Below are positions 1 to 11,105 of a stretch of DNA of 64,000 bases, one piece after another. The stretch is from assembly GCF_022045235.1 (NCBI RefSeq), contig NW_027266280.1, positions 5,890,001 to 5,954,000 on the forward strand, read 5' to 3'. The notes under the pieces are model-generated. The model ran no database searches and had not been told where the DNA came from. It worked only from the letters and a program-made list of their open reading frames with translations. The position numbers were made by a program, and so were the translations under genes. The DNA comes from Haliotis cracherodii. Taxonomy: Eukaryota. Each line of letters begins with the position of its first letter. Positions within the stretch are counted from its first letter, which is position 1.

Positions 1-547
1 TTGTGGTTGTTGTAGGGACATGCAAAGCACTCCCTCATCCATTGACTTTTCGTATTTCCATTGTATCTGGTTGTGATTGGGTTTTTTCATGATTAAACAG
101 TGATTGATTGAACTGACTCTTTGTATCTTGATTGATCTCAACTCCAATAGAGTGCCGAACCGAGGGTAGAGGTTGAGTTGAGATGTCGTTGACGTTGTCT
201 GTCCGTCTGTCTGTCTGTGCATCTGTCATGTCAGTGCACACCCAAGTGTAAAATTAAAATAAAAAATAGATAAAAGAGAAAGGCCATGCTTGAAAGATCA
301 GCTGCCTGGTGTCGGTCATTCCAGTACGCATCGATCCCCACACCCCCTCCCCGTGTACCATGTCATGTCATGGATCGTGTCACGAATCATGCCGTGTGTC
401 CGTCAACCCAAACACAGGATGACGTCACGTGATGAGGTGGAGGAGGTGGAAGCTAAGGTCATGACCTTCCGTGGAAGGGAGTAGGGTGGAGAGTTTCATA
501 AAAGCAGGCGAACCCTCAGACCTTCTTTCAGTGAAGTCACCATCATC

Positions 548-1060
548 ATGGAGCAAAGACGTTCTATGAATGCCATGTCATCCTCCCGTGATGTCGTCAC
601 CGATTCCGAGTGGGTGTCTGAAAAGGCGAGAGAACAAGAAGCGAGAAAACGTTCCCTCTTTAGGGACGACACGTGGCGACTCAGTGACATTCTGGAGGGA
701 TCTTTTCCTTCTTACACCCTGTGTCATCCTTCTCATCCTCACTATGATTCATTTCAAGAACGTCTGAGATCTTTTAAAACGTGGCCTCAACAGATGACCC
801 AGACCCCGTATGACATGGCCATGGCTGGCTATTTCTATCCAGGACAAGGTGATTGTGTGACCTGTTATTGCTGCGGTGTGGCACTCCGCCAATGGGAAGC
901 CACAGACCAACCCTGGAAAGAACATCTGAAGCACGCCAAAGTGCCCTGCGAATACTTGTGTGTGTTTTGTCCTGATGGAGAAGTGAACGAAAAATACAGA
1001 CGTTTGGTGTCCCAAGAAGCACGGAAGAGAAGAGTCGAGTGTCTTGTTCACCCCAAGTGA
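548..1060 (+). CDS. Single-BIR inhibitor-of-apoptosis (IAP)-like protein, no RING
   Basis: Intronless 170-aa ORF with the BIR signature RLRSFKTWP...MAMAGYFYPGQGDCVTCYCCG...W...D.PWKEHLKHAKVPC (CxxC...H...C zinc ligands). Confidence 0.92.
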   Translation: MEQRRSMNAMSSSRDVVTDSEWVSEKAREQEARKRSLFRDDTWRLSDILEGSFPSYTLCHPSHPHYDSFQERLRSFKTWPQQMTQTPYDMAMAGYFYPGQGDCVTCYCCGVALRQWEATDQPWKEHLKHAKVPCEYLCVFCPDGEVNEKYRRLVSQEARKRRVECLVHPK

Positions 1061-1113
1061 CAACGTTTCTTTTTTTTCAAAGTGTACAGACGTTCATACC
1101 CCCAGTGTTCACA

Positions 1114-1150
1114 AAAGTCACAGGGACGGCCCCCTCATCCTGTGACTTTT
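1114..1150 (+). terminator. Hairpin downstream of the IAP gene
   Basis: Perfect 12-bp inverted repeat AAAAGTCACAGG...CCTGTGACTTTT about 55 nt after the stop codon, followed by a T-rich tract. Confidence 0.4.
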
Positions 1151-1297
1151 TGTTTTGCGGTGTTGGTTCATGTGAGCGAGGGGATTAAATTTTTTTTAAA
1201 AACCCATAGTCGTGTTCTGTGGTCTGTAGGATGAAGAAAAACAAAACAGGATTGAAATGCACACCCCGATAAAAAAAAAAAAACCGGATCGAAATCG

Positions 1298-1542
1298 GAC
1301 CAATCCGAAGCCTGGGTTGTCGACCAATCAGAGACCGTGCTCGGGTCAAGCGGGACTCTGAATGGTCGAACCGGGGTTGTGCTTTCTCTCCCATGGTAAA
1401 ATCCATTTCCTATGGAAAAGAAACACAGGGGTCGGTCCGTTTTGGAAAACCGAGGTGCAGACCAGGCCCCGAAACGAACCAATCGGGGGCGCGGCCTGGG
1501 GAACCAATCAGGAAGGTGGGTGTCAGTACCTCTCCTATAAAA
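1298..1542 (+). promoter_or_regulatory. Pol II promoter: four CCAAT boxes plus TATA
   Basis: ACCAATC at about 1300, 1323, 1478 and 1503, and TATAAAA at 1536-1542, upstream of the zinc-knuckle ATG. Confidence 0.65.
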
Positions 1543-1590
1543 AACAAAACAAGAGCGAAGCCACTCACACACACACACACACTGCATTCT

Positions 1591-2193
1591 ATGAAACCCA
1601 TCATGCCAGCTCGATACAGTTGTATGAAGTGCCAGACCGACAGTCACAGTTACCTGTACTGCCCTGAAGTGACATGCCTCGAGTGTGGCACTCAAGGTCA
1701 CCGTCACTATGTCTGTCCGAAGATGAACAGTCAAGAGAAGCAGGAGAATCGGAACCTGGGTCCCTGTTACAACTGTGAAGCCATGGGTCATTTCGCTGCA
1801 GATTGCCCAGAACCCAGTCGAAAGAAGACTTCCCATCGCCTGGACCACTGTTACAACTGTCAAGCCCTGGGTCATTTCGCTGCAGATTGCCCAGAACCCA
1901 GTCGAAAGAAAACGTCAGCAACACCGTCCACGTCGACACCCGTGACACCCGTGGCACCCGTGACACCCGTGACACAAGTGGTTCATCTCATCGAAGACGT
2001 GCACGTCGATGTCCTCGACCTAAAAGAATGCCTCGCACAACTCCGGGCGGACATCACACCTCTTGTAGAGAAAAGAAAACGGGCCAGAAGCCTCTCAAGA
2101 AAGCACGCTTCAAAGCGCCGACGACACCTTCAGTCCGAGGATGAGATGGAAGTAGAGGATGAAGAAGAGAGATCATCTGAACAAAGTGACTAA
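1591..2193 (+). CDS. Four-CCHC zinc-knuckle nucleic-acid-binding protein with basic NLS and acidic tail
   Basis: Four Cx2Cx4Hx4C knuckles (CMKC, CLEC and two CYNC; the last two are an 81-bp direct duplication), a TPV repeat, KRKRARSLSRKHASKRRR and an E/D-rich C-terminus. The start was placed at ATG 1591 because TATAAAA lies at 1536, although the ORF is open from 1393. Confidence 0.8.
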   Translation: MKPIMPARYSCMKCQTDSHSYLYCPEVTCLECGTQGHRHYVCPKMNSQEKQENRNLGPCYNCEAMGHFAADCPEPSRKKTSHRLDHCYNCQALGHFAADCPEPSRKKTSATPSTSTPVTPVAPVTPVTQVVHLIEDVHVDVLDLKECLAQLRADITPLVEKRKRARSLSRKHASKRRRHLQSEDEMEVEDEEERSSEQSD

Positions 2194-2505
2194 CGCATGG
2201 GACCATGCTACCCCACTGTTTTTTACCAGTGTCCCATCGTTTGCAGTTTTTCCAGTGTTCCAGTGTTCCAGTGTTCCTGACGTTTCCTGTCGTTTCCAGT
2301 TTCCAGTTTCCAGTTTGTTTTCCAACGGCCCTTTTCAGGGCCACCCATCTCTCCCGAAAGACAACTTTCCTCCTTTGCTTTGACGACCCTCCCACCCACC
2401 CACCCACACCATGAACCCGTCTCCTCCTCCTTTCCTTCCTCCCTCCCTCCCTCCCTTCACCACCACCACCCTCCCTCCCTCCCTCCCTCCCTCCACCATC
2501 GCCAC

Positions 2506-2720
2506 CCCCTGGAGGCGCGCGCCACCGGACACGGAAGCGCCACCCTCTTGGAGGCGCGCGCCTCCGGACACGGAAGCGACGCCCTCTTGGAGGCGCGCGC
2601 CTCCGGACACGGAAGCGACGCCCTCTTGGAGGCGCACGCCACCGGACACGGAAGCGACGCCCTCTTGGAGGCGCACGCCACCGGAAACGGAAGCGACGCC
2701 ATCTTGGAGGCACACGCGCA
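2506..2720. repeat. 39-bp GC-rich subterminal tandem repeat (about 5.5 copies)
   Basis: Unit CTCTTGGAGGCGCGCGCCACCGGACACGGAAGCGACGCC; TGGAGG recurs at 2510, 2549, 2588, 2627, 2666 and 2705. Confidence 0.95.
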
Positions 2721-2743
2721 GAGTCCCATCATGCACTGCGCAG

Positions 2744-2852
2744 GTCACGTGACCGGAAGTGACGTCACAGAGGATGTGCCGCCATCTTGGTTCCATAATC
2801 CTGAGTGGTTCCATAATCCTGAGGTGGTTCCATACCGAGGTACTTAACTACT
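2744..2852. promoter_or_regulatory. Terminal motif cluster (E-box, ETS, CRE, YY1, three GGTTCCATA repeats); candidate origin/promoter
   Basis: GTCACGTGAC, CCGGAAGT, TGACGTCA and GCCGCCATCTTG, then GGTTCCATAATCCTGAG repeats immediately before the ACTACT end. Confidence 0.55.
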
Positions 2853-3762
2853 CACATTTTAGTCATTTACTCGTAAAGAGGTTCATTACGGTAGCCTTGT
2901 GGTTAAAGTGTTGTCTCATCATGCTGAAGACCCGGGTTTTCTGGAGTTCCCTGACTTGATATTGCTGGAATATAACTATAAGCGACGCAAACCATTCTCA
3001 CTCAAGGATATTTCATCCTTGCAAACGGGACAACAAAGGATGTCAGTGTATTGTCCTGATAGTACTGTCCAGTGACCTTTCCTTGCACAATATGGAGTGG
3101 AATTTGGTCAGGCACAGTGATACAACGCAACACCATTATCGATCCAACGCCGATCTCCCAAAAGGTCTCAGGTTGACCTTGTTTTGACGTTCGGCGTCGC
3201 CTACACGACCATGCCTATCAAGGAAGTGCAACGTGAAGGGAGACTCTAAAAACCCGACTCGACTACACACATTTTGGCTTTGTGTACAACCATTGACATA
3301 TGTGGGCAACATGACGATTTGTAGATTGTTGGTACCTGTTCCACAGTCTGTTTATCAAGGAATGTGAAACATTGAACATATTGGTCACTGCACGCTGACC
3401 TCTTGTCAGTTTCCAGCATCAGAGTAGCCTGTAGACGTTCTATGTGTCCTAGACGTTCTGTGTGTCGTAGACGCCACATTGCTAACTCATTCAGATACAA
3501 TAAATCTAATCAAGTAAATGAAAACTGTATGAGAAGCAGAGTCGTTAAGATTGACAGGGATTAATCGATTTTGAAAGTATCGACATAAGGAAAGACATCC
3601 CACACACGTGTACAGAATGTGTATTGGTGTTAAGTTCTACAAACATAAATATTCTTGCTCATCTCTGTGCCAGTGCGTGATTTTAAAATGTATATCTTTC
3701 ATCATCCCCTACTGTTTTTAAAGTGTTGGTACAACAAATATGTAAATTGTGATTTCCTTTAC

Positions 3763-3854
3763 CTGCCATCGAAAGTCAGCATATGAGGATCACACACAGC
3801 ATGGCATGCCTTCCCAACGTTGATATTTGTATAGCCGTCCTTTGTCACCTCCAC
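3763..3854 (-). CDS. Gene A exon beginning a von Willebrand factor D domain (KACHAVCDPHMLTFDGR)
   Basis: TTTACCAG acceptor (phase 0), GTAAAG donor and the C-x4-DPH-x2-TFDG VWD start motif. The gene must continue to the left. Confidence 0.88.
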
Positions 3855-4669
3855 CTGGTAAAGATAGTTTAAGTTGTGGCAGTATCACAAGAGGTATATG
3901 TGGTTTTGGAAGACCAATTCTACCCCGGATGGACAAGGGTCCCACATTCTAGAAATCATATTAAGTTTCATCAAATTCCAACTATGAATGCTCAAAATAT
4001 TAATAGATTTATTCATGAATATCATCCAAGCACATTCAAGAGCATTACTTGTTTCAAACATGTATCAAATGCGCAGTTCCAGAAAATACTTTCATAAATG
4101 AAGACATTCAGTGTCAATGTTTTGATATTTGACACAATCATGACATGGCATGAATTGAGTCGTTAATAGTTTATTGTTTTGGGAAATGCTCTGTCTTTAA
4201 TGATAAATCAGGTATTTCCTACATGTAGTAATGTTTTATAATTGATATTGTAATGTGTCAGTGTATTTGATTGTTGAACAATGATTGTAACTGTATTACA
4301 TTGTTTCTTTCGATTCGATAGAAGCTCATTCCATTGTATTTGGATGATTAGTTGTTGTGAATGTAGTACTATTTAATGTAAGCAGTAGTGAAGTAGTTAC
4401 TACAGTTTAATGCTAGTGTGATGTGTTAACTTCCGGAATACCTTGGACTGAGATAGAGCGTTATTGAAACATGTGGAATATTCTATGTTGTGATGGCACT
4501 GTGTGGAAATTTAAGTTTGGAATATTTGTTGATTTTTTTGTTGGTTTACACTAAATACCTTGACGTACAGATTTCTGGGTCAACGTATTGTTTGAATTTG
4601 GGAATCGACACGTAACAATATATATTGACCTCGACCTTATATGGAGGTCACTCAAAAGTGACCCATCCA

Positions 4670-4932
4670 TTCCGTGAAGATCTGGGGTAGGATAGATCTT
4701 CACCAACCCATGCTTGCCATAAAAGGCGACGATGCTTGTCGTAAGAGGTGACTAACGGGATCGGGTTGTAAGGCTCGCTGACTTTGTTGATGCATGTCAT
4801 CGATCCCAATTGCGTGGATCGATACTCATGATGTCAAGCACTGGAATGTCTGGTCCAGACTCGATTATTTACAGACCGCCGCCATATCGCTGGAATATTG
4901 ATAAATGCGGCGTTAAACAACAAACAAACAAA
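4670..4932 (+). mobile_element. SINE-like family B (no tRNA head); other copies at about 30042, 34644, 48184, 53855, 54626, 55780 (-), 58742 and 59783 (-)
   Basis: Begins CCGTGAAGATC, contains GTCGTAAGAGGCGACTAACGGG, and shares the CTGGAATATTG...GCGTTAAAC(AAAC)n tail. Confidence 0.85.
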
Positions 4933-5451
4933 CCTGAATGACCTTGAATATCATTGAATCCCTTTCTTGAAGCAATACTTCATATCATAGGTCGATGACC
5001 TTGTAATTTGGTACAACAATAGTACATGAGAATAATAGAGACAGTTATTTAGAGTCTGTAATATGATCGTAAAATTCTTTCAATTTCATGAAGTTATCTG
5101 AACTTGACACACGTAAATCACGTTGTCGCGCACACTAACATTTTCGACGGTTCAAACCCTTGTATTCATTGTTTTGAATCATCGGAGTTGTTTTATACTG
5201 ACACGACCTTTTCCCTTTCTTGCTTTATTGTACCTGAAGTGTTTGGAGTAATTCAAAGATTTGCCTTTTTCAAGTTTGGAAAATGTCAGGAAGGTGCTTA
5301 TTTTAAAGACTTCATGGTTTAGCGGAAGATTTCCAAACTGTGCTGAGGCGATATATGCCACATACAGGATCACATACAGGTTCACAGACACGTGCTTGGC
5401 AGCCCCAATCCGGTCGAGCCCAGTAAATTGCATTTGTATGGTAACATTATA

Positions 5452-6823
5452 TACTGAACAACAAAAGTTCCTATGATAATGAATGAGATTTAATGCAAAG
5501 TTACGTTTTTTACCAAATCTGAATTCAGAAAATGCGTGATTTCATAAAATTCATAAAAAAACATGAACATGCCAAAATGTCAAGTCAATAGCGTGTGTCA
5601 ACCACCACTGCAATGCAAGCAACACATCTTCGTCTCATGGAGTCCTGTGGGATATCGGTCCATATCTGCTGGAGCATGTTTCGAAGTTCCTGGAGTGTCT
5701 GTGAAACACGTGGTTAACGTCGAAGGCGCCAATCCATCTCATCCCACATGTGCTCGATTGGTGAGAGATCAGGGGAGCGAGCCGGCCAGGGGATGACATT
5801 CACATCGATTTGTTGAAGAGAATCCTGAACAGGTCGAGCAATATGATGCCGGGCGTTGTCATGTTGAAAGGTAATGCCTGGGCCATGACGACGCCAAAAC
5901 GGGCCGATGATCTCGTCGCGATAGCGCTGTCCATTGAGATTTCCCTCTAACACTATCAAACGGGTCCTCTGTCTTGCTGTAATCCCACCCCATACCATAA
6001 CGCTGCCGCCCACGAACCGATCTTCTTCCATGACACAATGATTGACGTAACGTTCACCACGACGTCGGTACACTCTTATCCGTCCATCGCTGTGGCTGAG
6101 ATGAAAAGGAGACTCGTCAGTGAATAGAACTTGTCGCCACTGCATGGCCATCCAGCGTAGACGCTGTCTGCACCACTGTAGACGTGCTTGACGGTGGTTT
6201 TCTTCTAGCGACAATCCCTGCACATCTGAGGCGTTGACGTACGGATTGTGAAGATATTCGTCGAAGGCCAGGGATGCTTCTTGCAGTCACTGTTACTGGC
6301 TGGAATCGATTTCGTAGGAGTGTTGTTCGAATCCATTTGTCTTGTGGATTATTGGTTACGCGTGGCCTGCCACTCTGAGGATGGTCTCTGAATGCATTCG
6401 TCTGTTGCCAACTTTGCCATTAATACCAAATGGTGTTTCTGTGGACGTTGAATTGTCTTGCAACATCACGTTGACTCGATCATGCTTCAAGCATACCAAT
6501 GGCTCGCAGACGCTCATTTTCGGACAGGCGTGGCATTAAGTATTGTTGAAAAATTGCGTAATTGTGTTGTTTTTCTGAGTGGTTGTTGTCAGCACAATGC
6601 TAAACGATGCATATGGAATCCCGTTAACGCACATGTTTTTATACCTGTTCTTAGGTAGTGAAATGCATGAGGCTTGCATAAAAGTCAACTGTTGCATGGA
6701 ATGCATGCTTTTCTGCAGCAGTTGTGTTTTTGTGACTTGATTCCATACATGTACTACAATATTGAAAACCAAACTTTACTTGTTTGAAAAATACACAAAA
6801 ATATTGGTGTTTGTTGTTGAGTA
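5452..6823 (-). mobile_element. Tc1 (DD34E) DNA transposon, degenerate
   Basis: FTDES...FQHDNA...WPARSPDLSPIEH with 34-residue D-E spacing; TACTGAACAACAAAAG TIR; frameshifted. Confidence 0.93.
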
Positions 6824-7725
6824 TTCGTTGTAGTGGGGTATCACTAGGGTTTTCTATTCGACAGGTTTTATAACACTATCCTCAGGCGACTGCTATAAGA
6901 CGAGGGCAAACTCCATGTGAATTTCGTATCTCTTCGAATTCTATTCTTCCGCTTGCAAATGTATTTCCTTCCCAGTCCGAATACGTAGTATTTTATCAGG
7001 ATCACGCGAAACAATCAGATCTCCACTTTCAGATAAAAATGGAATATCAGCTTAATGTGTAAGGAAAGAACGAAGTGATGCACTTTTGCGACTTTTGTGA
7101 AACCTCACCAGCATACGTATTGTGGTGACAAACCATTGAATGAACTCACGTTGAACAAATATGACCATTGAAATCAAGATGGAGAAGAATCAAGAAGGGA
7201 ATAAAATATTAGTACACGATTACACGAACTCGTGAAGATGAATTATGATAGAAATGGTCCACAGTAAGCTGTGCCTGTCGTGAGATGCAATTAATGGCTC
7301 TGTTGCTCAGGATCGGTGACTTGGTACGCACCCTGTTGCTCATAAATGTACATTACCAATGCAAGCGAATTACTAGTCTAGATTATCCACCGAAACAGAT
7401 TCCATTTGGTATTCAGGGCAAAATAGCTGTGAACATTTATGAAAGGAAATAAGTGATGATAACAGCTGTTCGCGAAAAGGGTAAGCATGTCCTGTCGTAG
7501 CACCCGCCATTCACACAATGTTCGTAAAAAAGTTAATATTTATTGCCTGTGGCCGAACAGCAGTACTGTTGCCATGCAACGGCAGCCTGTGAGCTAGCAA
7601 TACCAATCATGGGCAATACACACAGACATGCATACATACATACACATGCACATACTCTCTTTCATGGCAGTCATGAATTCATTGATTGATGATATAAGCA
7701 TAAGCACACAAGGCATACAAAACTA

Positions 7726-7899
7726 CAGTCAACTACGTTTATGACGAACATGCTTATAAGGAACTGACGAATATAACGAACTTATTTTTAGTCCCGGCCA
7801 TTGACTGTATATAAGCTGTATATATGCTTATAACGAACTTCGGTTGTAACGAACTATGATTAGTGGACCCTTTGTGTTCGTTATAACCGTATTTTTCTG
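7726..7899. mobile_element. Tc1/pogo-type MITE
   Basis: TA-CAGT...CTG-TA ends with internal TATAACGAAC repeats; same family as 39640-39814. Confidence 0.75.
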
Positions 7900-8226
7900 T
7901 AATTGATTGCATCAAACATTTACAGTTTTTTATATATAATCTGTAAAAGTGCATTAAATGTTATTTGTTTACTTATTTTGGAATATTTTCTGCCATATTG
8001 TTATGAGAGATATGGTAAGATATCATGGTCAACTGCATTTAAAGCTTTTTCTTCACACAAAACTGTTTTTGTAGAATTATTAGCTTTGGATTCAGATAAC
8101 AGTATTGCTCTTTCTTATTCAAAATCATTAAGATGCAAATATCGAAATGTTCACGCGATATTATTTAATATCATCATATTCTTAGTTTGACGCTGAATCT
8201 TACAATCTACAAGGACAATTACTCAC

Positions 8227-8565
8227 CGAAACTATCCCAACTTTATAATCCGAAAAGAACGGCATCTCGTTGGATATAGTTGTCAGCTTTAATTTTGTTA
8301 AGCCATTAAATTCGCCATTATCCACAATTATTTCTCCAAGGACAGTAATATTATATTCCACGTTGGCATATTGCAGGGGCACATTGCAGTCTGTCTGTAC
8401 AAATGCTTCTGGCTTACATTCTGTGTTGTCTTCGGATTTTGGAGCCGTTAGTTCCAGCCTGACTCTACATTCGTTAAACAATGTGCCACATTTGATTGGA
8501 ACTGTTGAAGTTACAGACAGAGATTTTGTTTGACCTTGTTTTACAGATATGGTCGGATTCACTAT
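8227..8565 (-). CDS. Gene A VWDE-like exon (IVNPTISVKQG...STVPIKC...VGIVS)
   Basis: TTTCAG acceptor, GTGAGT donor, 339 nt, phase 0-0, STVPI.C motif. Confidence 0.82.
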
Positions 8566-9529
8566 CTGAAATTGAAGGCAAATTATTGACATAAATACAA
8601 CATTCATGAAATATGACAAAAATAATACTGATATATTAATCAACAGTGTCATGGTACTACTAAATTGAAACACGTGTCATTAATGTTTAAGACGTCACAT
8701 CAACCTTAATCTTTGAAATAAGTGTTGTACAGAAACAGGCAAATATATCAAGGTGAAACTTTGTAGAGACTACATGGGTGCCTTATTTTACAAAGGCGAC
8801 ACAGTTGGATCGCTTGGTCTGATTGAATGTGTATGTCAACAGGCCCTGAACATGTCGCAGATTGCACAGGTTTTTAACCAGTCTTGGTTTTTGTATATTT
8901 TATACAAGATGTCTGATATGGCTGAAAGGTGGCTAACTGCAGTGATAAAATATGAAAACGTTTTGGGTGACCAAGCTTTTTGTCACGTGTTTCAAAAATA
9001 AAGCGTCAAAACCTTTTCCATAATCATAAGAAATTTCTGCTGAACGCTGAATACGATGCCAACTATATCATAAGCACGTATATGAAACACGTATGTATAC
9101 CAAATAGTAGTGACACCAGGTGTTTGCCAATATGTGAGCGTATCTTTTTCAAACGGCGGCACGAGCAAGAGTCGTATGATGCTCTTCAAAATGTCGATTG
9201 TAGCTCACAAGTTATTGAGTCAAGGTTACAACATTCAACATTGAAGGCCTTAGTAAAACTTTTAAAAATACTTGAAATACTTTCGAAACATGACGCATTA
9301 GTGACACATATGATGTCCGATGCAATTCCCTATCTTGACTTGTACTATATGTTTCCGTGTTTTTAGCTAAACAGTTGACTTGACTTTGCATGTGTTTGTT
9401 TTTGGTGCCACAGGTGTGGCAGTATACGCTCCCCTTTTCTTGAACACCTGATATCTTCACTACATTTATTTGATACCGATCGATAAACACATTGTCACTT
9501 ATATTTAAGAAATGAGCTTAATTGCTACT

Positions 9530-9697
9530 GGGCAGTCGGTAGCCTTGTGGTTAAAGAGTTCGCTCGTCACGCCGAAGACCCGGGTTCGATTCCCGACATG
9601 GGTACAATGTGTGAAGCCCATTTCTGGTGTCCCCCGCCGTGATATTGCTGGAATATTGCTAAAAGCGGCGTAAAACCATACCCTATCACTCACTCAG
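9530..9697 (+). mobile_element. tRNA-derived SINE family A (about 165 bp); other copies at about 2890, 11545 (-), 17683, 23266 (-), 30925 (-), 35595 (-), 40335, 50462 and 57738 (-)
   Basis: A box TAGCCTTGTGG, B box GGTTCGATTCC, CTGGAATATTGCT tail with (ACTC)n, and TSD TTAATTGCTACT. Confidence 0.9.
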
Positions 9698-9889
9698 TTA
9701 ATTGCTACTGTGTGTTGACTGGCATTGGAAATTATTCAGGATGTCCAAATACCTTTGAAACCTGATACAGACACTTAGGTATATACCTATGACAAACGTA
9801 ACTGTATTTCATTCATAGAGTTCCACCAAGAAGTAGGGTTGATTGATTATTAACAATTCTTCACCCGTTTGACACCGACCTTAAGAGAT

Positions 9890-10075
9890 ATGTACATCCA
9901 AAAATGGCATGGTTTCTTGTCCATTTCTGGAAAAGCAAATTACTACACGACATTTAAGACTACTTTTATACAAGAGCCTTATCTATTAGGTGTAAATTTA
10001 CATACATTAAGAACAGCTCTTTCTCGATTTCGTTGTAGCTCACGTGATATATTTATTGAAACAGGCAGATATTAA
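9890..10075 (+). mobile_element. Non-LTR retrotransposon ORF2 C-terminal fragment
   Basis: Y..FK..F..EPYL...RTALSRFRCSS...IETGRY motif. Confidence 0.65.
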
Positions 10076-10597
10076 TTAATAACATGTGTTCTCATATCCA
10101 TTAGTGTCCTATTACACCGTCATGTGGCTGAAACGTTCTTGAATGCGGCGTTACAGAATAAACAAGAAAACAAACAAACAGTTACAAACCTCAAATACTA
10201 ACTGAAATACTGTATTTCTGAAATACTGGTCACTCGCCCTGTATGAAAATGTGTATGCCTTTCTGATTTTTGAGGGACTGCTTACACAACAGTAATTAGT
10301 TTCATGCTCCTTAAGCAGTTGTTATTGGTCAATAGAAGAAACAAGGAGAAGGCAAAGGACCAAAAATGTGGTGAATCCCCTAAAGATATATTTGCAATAT
10401 ATCATGAACAACCCAACGATTTACTCAAGGGTTCAGAAACGCTGGGTCTGTAACTTCATTATACAGGGCATTATATATATAACTCACTCAAATAGCAAAC
10501 GTTATTTGATGCTAACGTTTTAGGTATAGACTATATAGATATATTTAATGATAGTTCGAGATAAACTCAGTGATAACACACATGATCCTCACTGTAC

Positions 10598-10684
10598 CTT
10601 TATTCCTGCAAACTGTGGCAAACTCGTTCGTGACGGTCCCGGGAAGCCATCAGCTGTGTCCCGCACTCTGACACTACACCGCAC
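10598..10684 (-). CDS. Gene A VWDE-like exon (VRCSVRVRDTADGFPGPSRTSLPQFAGIK)
   Basis: AG/GT bounded, 87 nt, phase 0-0, VRCSV...FAGIK motif. Confidence 0.82.
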
Positions 10685-11105
10685 CTACATGTACCAAAAC
10701 AAATATAGGATGACTACTCTATGGTCTTCTGCACAAATCAAAATATATATGTATGAGACACAGAATTAAAATAGCTAATCTACTAAATCTTTTTCAAATT
10801 TAGGTTCAGATGTCAATTCATTCTTGAGTGATAAAGCGAGAAATAGAATTCAAACATGGACAGATAGTAAAACAAAACATATTTCGCTTTTTCCTTCCTA
10901 CTTAGAAGTAGGTAGTGATGACAATAGTATGTTATTAACTCGTATTTAGATTAGTATTAGACCTGTCTGTCAATAATCTATTTGGAATGACAGTGGTTAT
11001 AGTTATCTTAATATTCTGGTTACTCTTTTGAGCAATAGAGTTAAAGCTTGAAAGCATGAGCTATGAGGTATTTTATTTTTTACACGTTTAGAGTCACCAA
11101 CTTAC

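Larger units (their letters stand above)
1..2852. mobile_element. Right end of a probable Maverick/Polinton (adintovirus-like endogenous DNA virus)
   Basis: The segment ends ...GGTACTTAACTACT at 2852; the reverse complement AGTAGTTAAGTACC matches the canonical Polinton 5'-AGTAGT terminus. GC-rich subterminal tandem repeats and compact intronless ORFs lie inside. Composition switches abruptly to AT-rich, SINE-bearing host DNA after 2852. The putative 6-bp TSD is CACATT (2853-2858). Core genes (pPolB, integrase, capsid) are not in the window. Confidence 0.75.

Noticed and set aside
35-484. Short ORFs at the window start
   Set aside because: No domain signal and non-ATG or weak starts; they may be element intergenic DNA or a truncated gene that cannot be judged here.
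548-1060. Host survivin/BIRC gene or integrated herpesvirus
   Set aside because: The gene is intronless and lies within a segment ending in a Polinton-type terminus; no herpes genes or telomeric repeats are visible. A herpes origin is not fully excluded.
1393-2193. Retroviral gag gene, or a start at ATG 1393
   Set aside because: No capsid domain, pol or LTR; the upstream in-frame part overlaps CCAAT/TATA motifs and a CA repeat.
2054-2847. Arg-rich, protamine-like and other ORFs over the 39-bp repeats
   Set aside because: The repeat length is a multiple of 3 and GC-rich, so several frames are open by chance; the ORFs run into low-complexity sequence within the TIR.
9530-9600. tRNA genes
   Set aside because: The tRNA-like segments are SINE heads followed by bodies, tails and TSDs.
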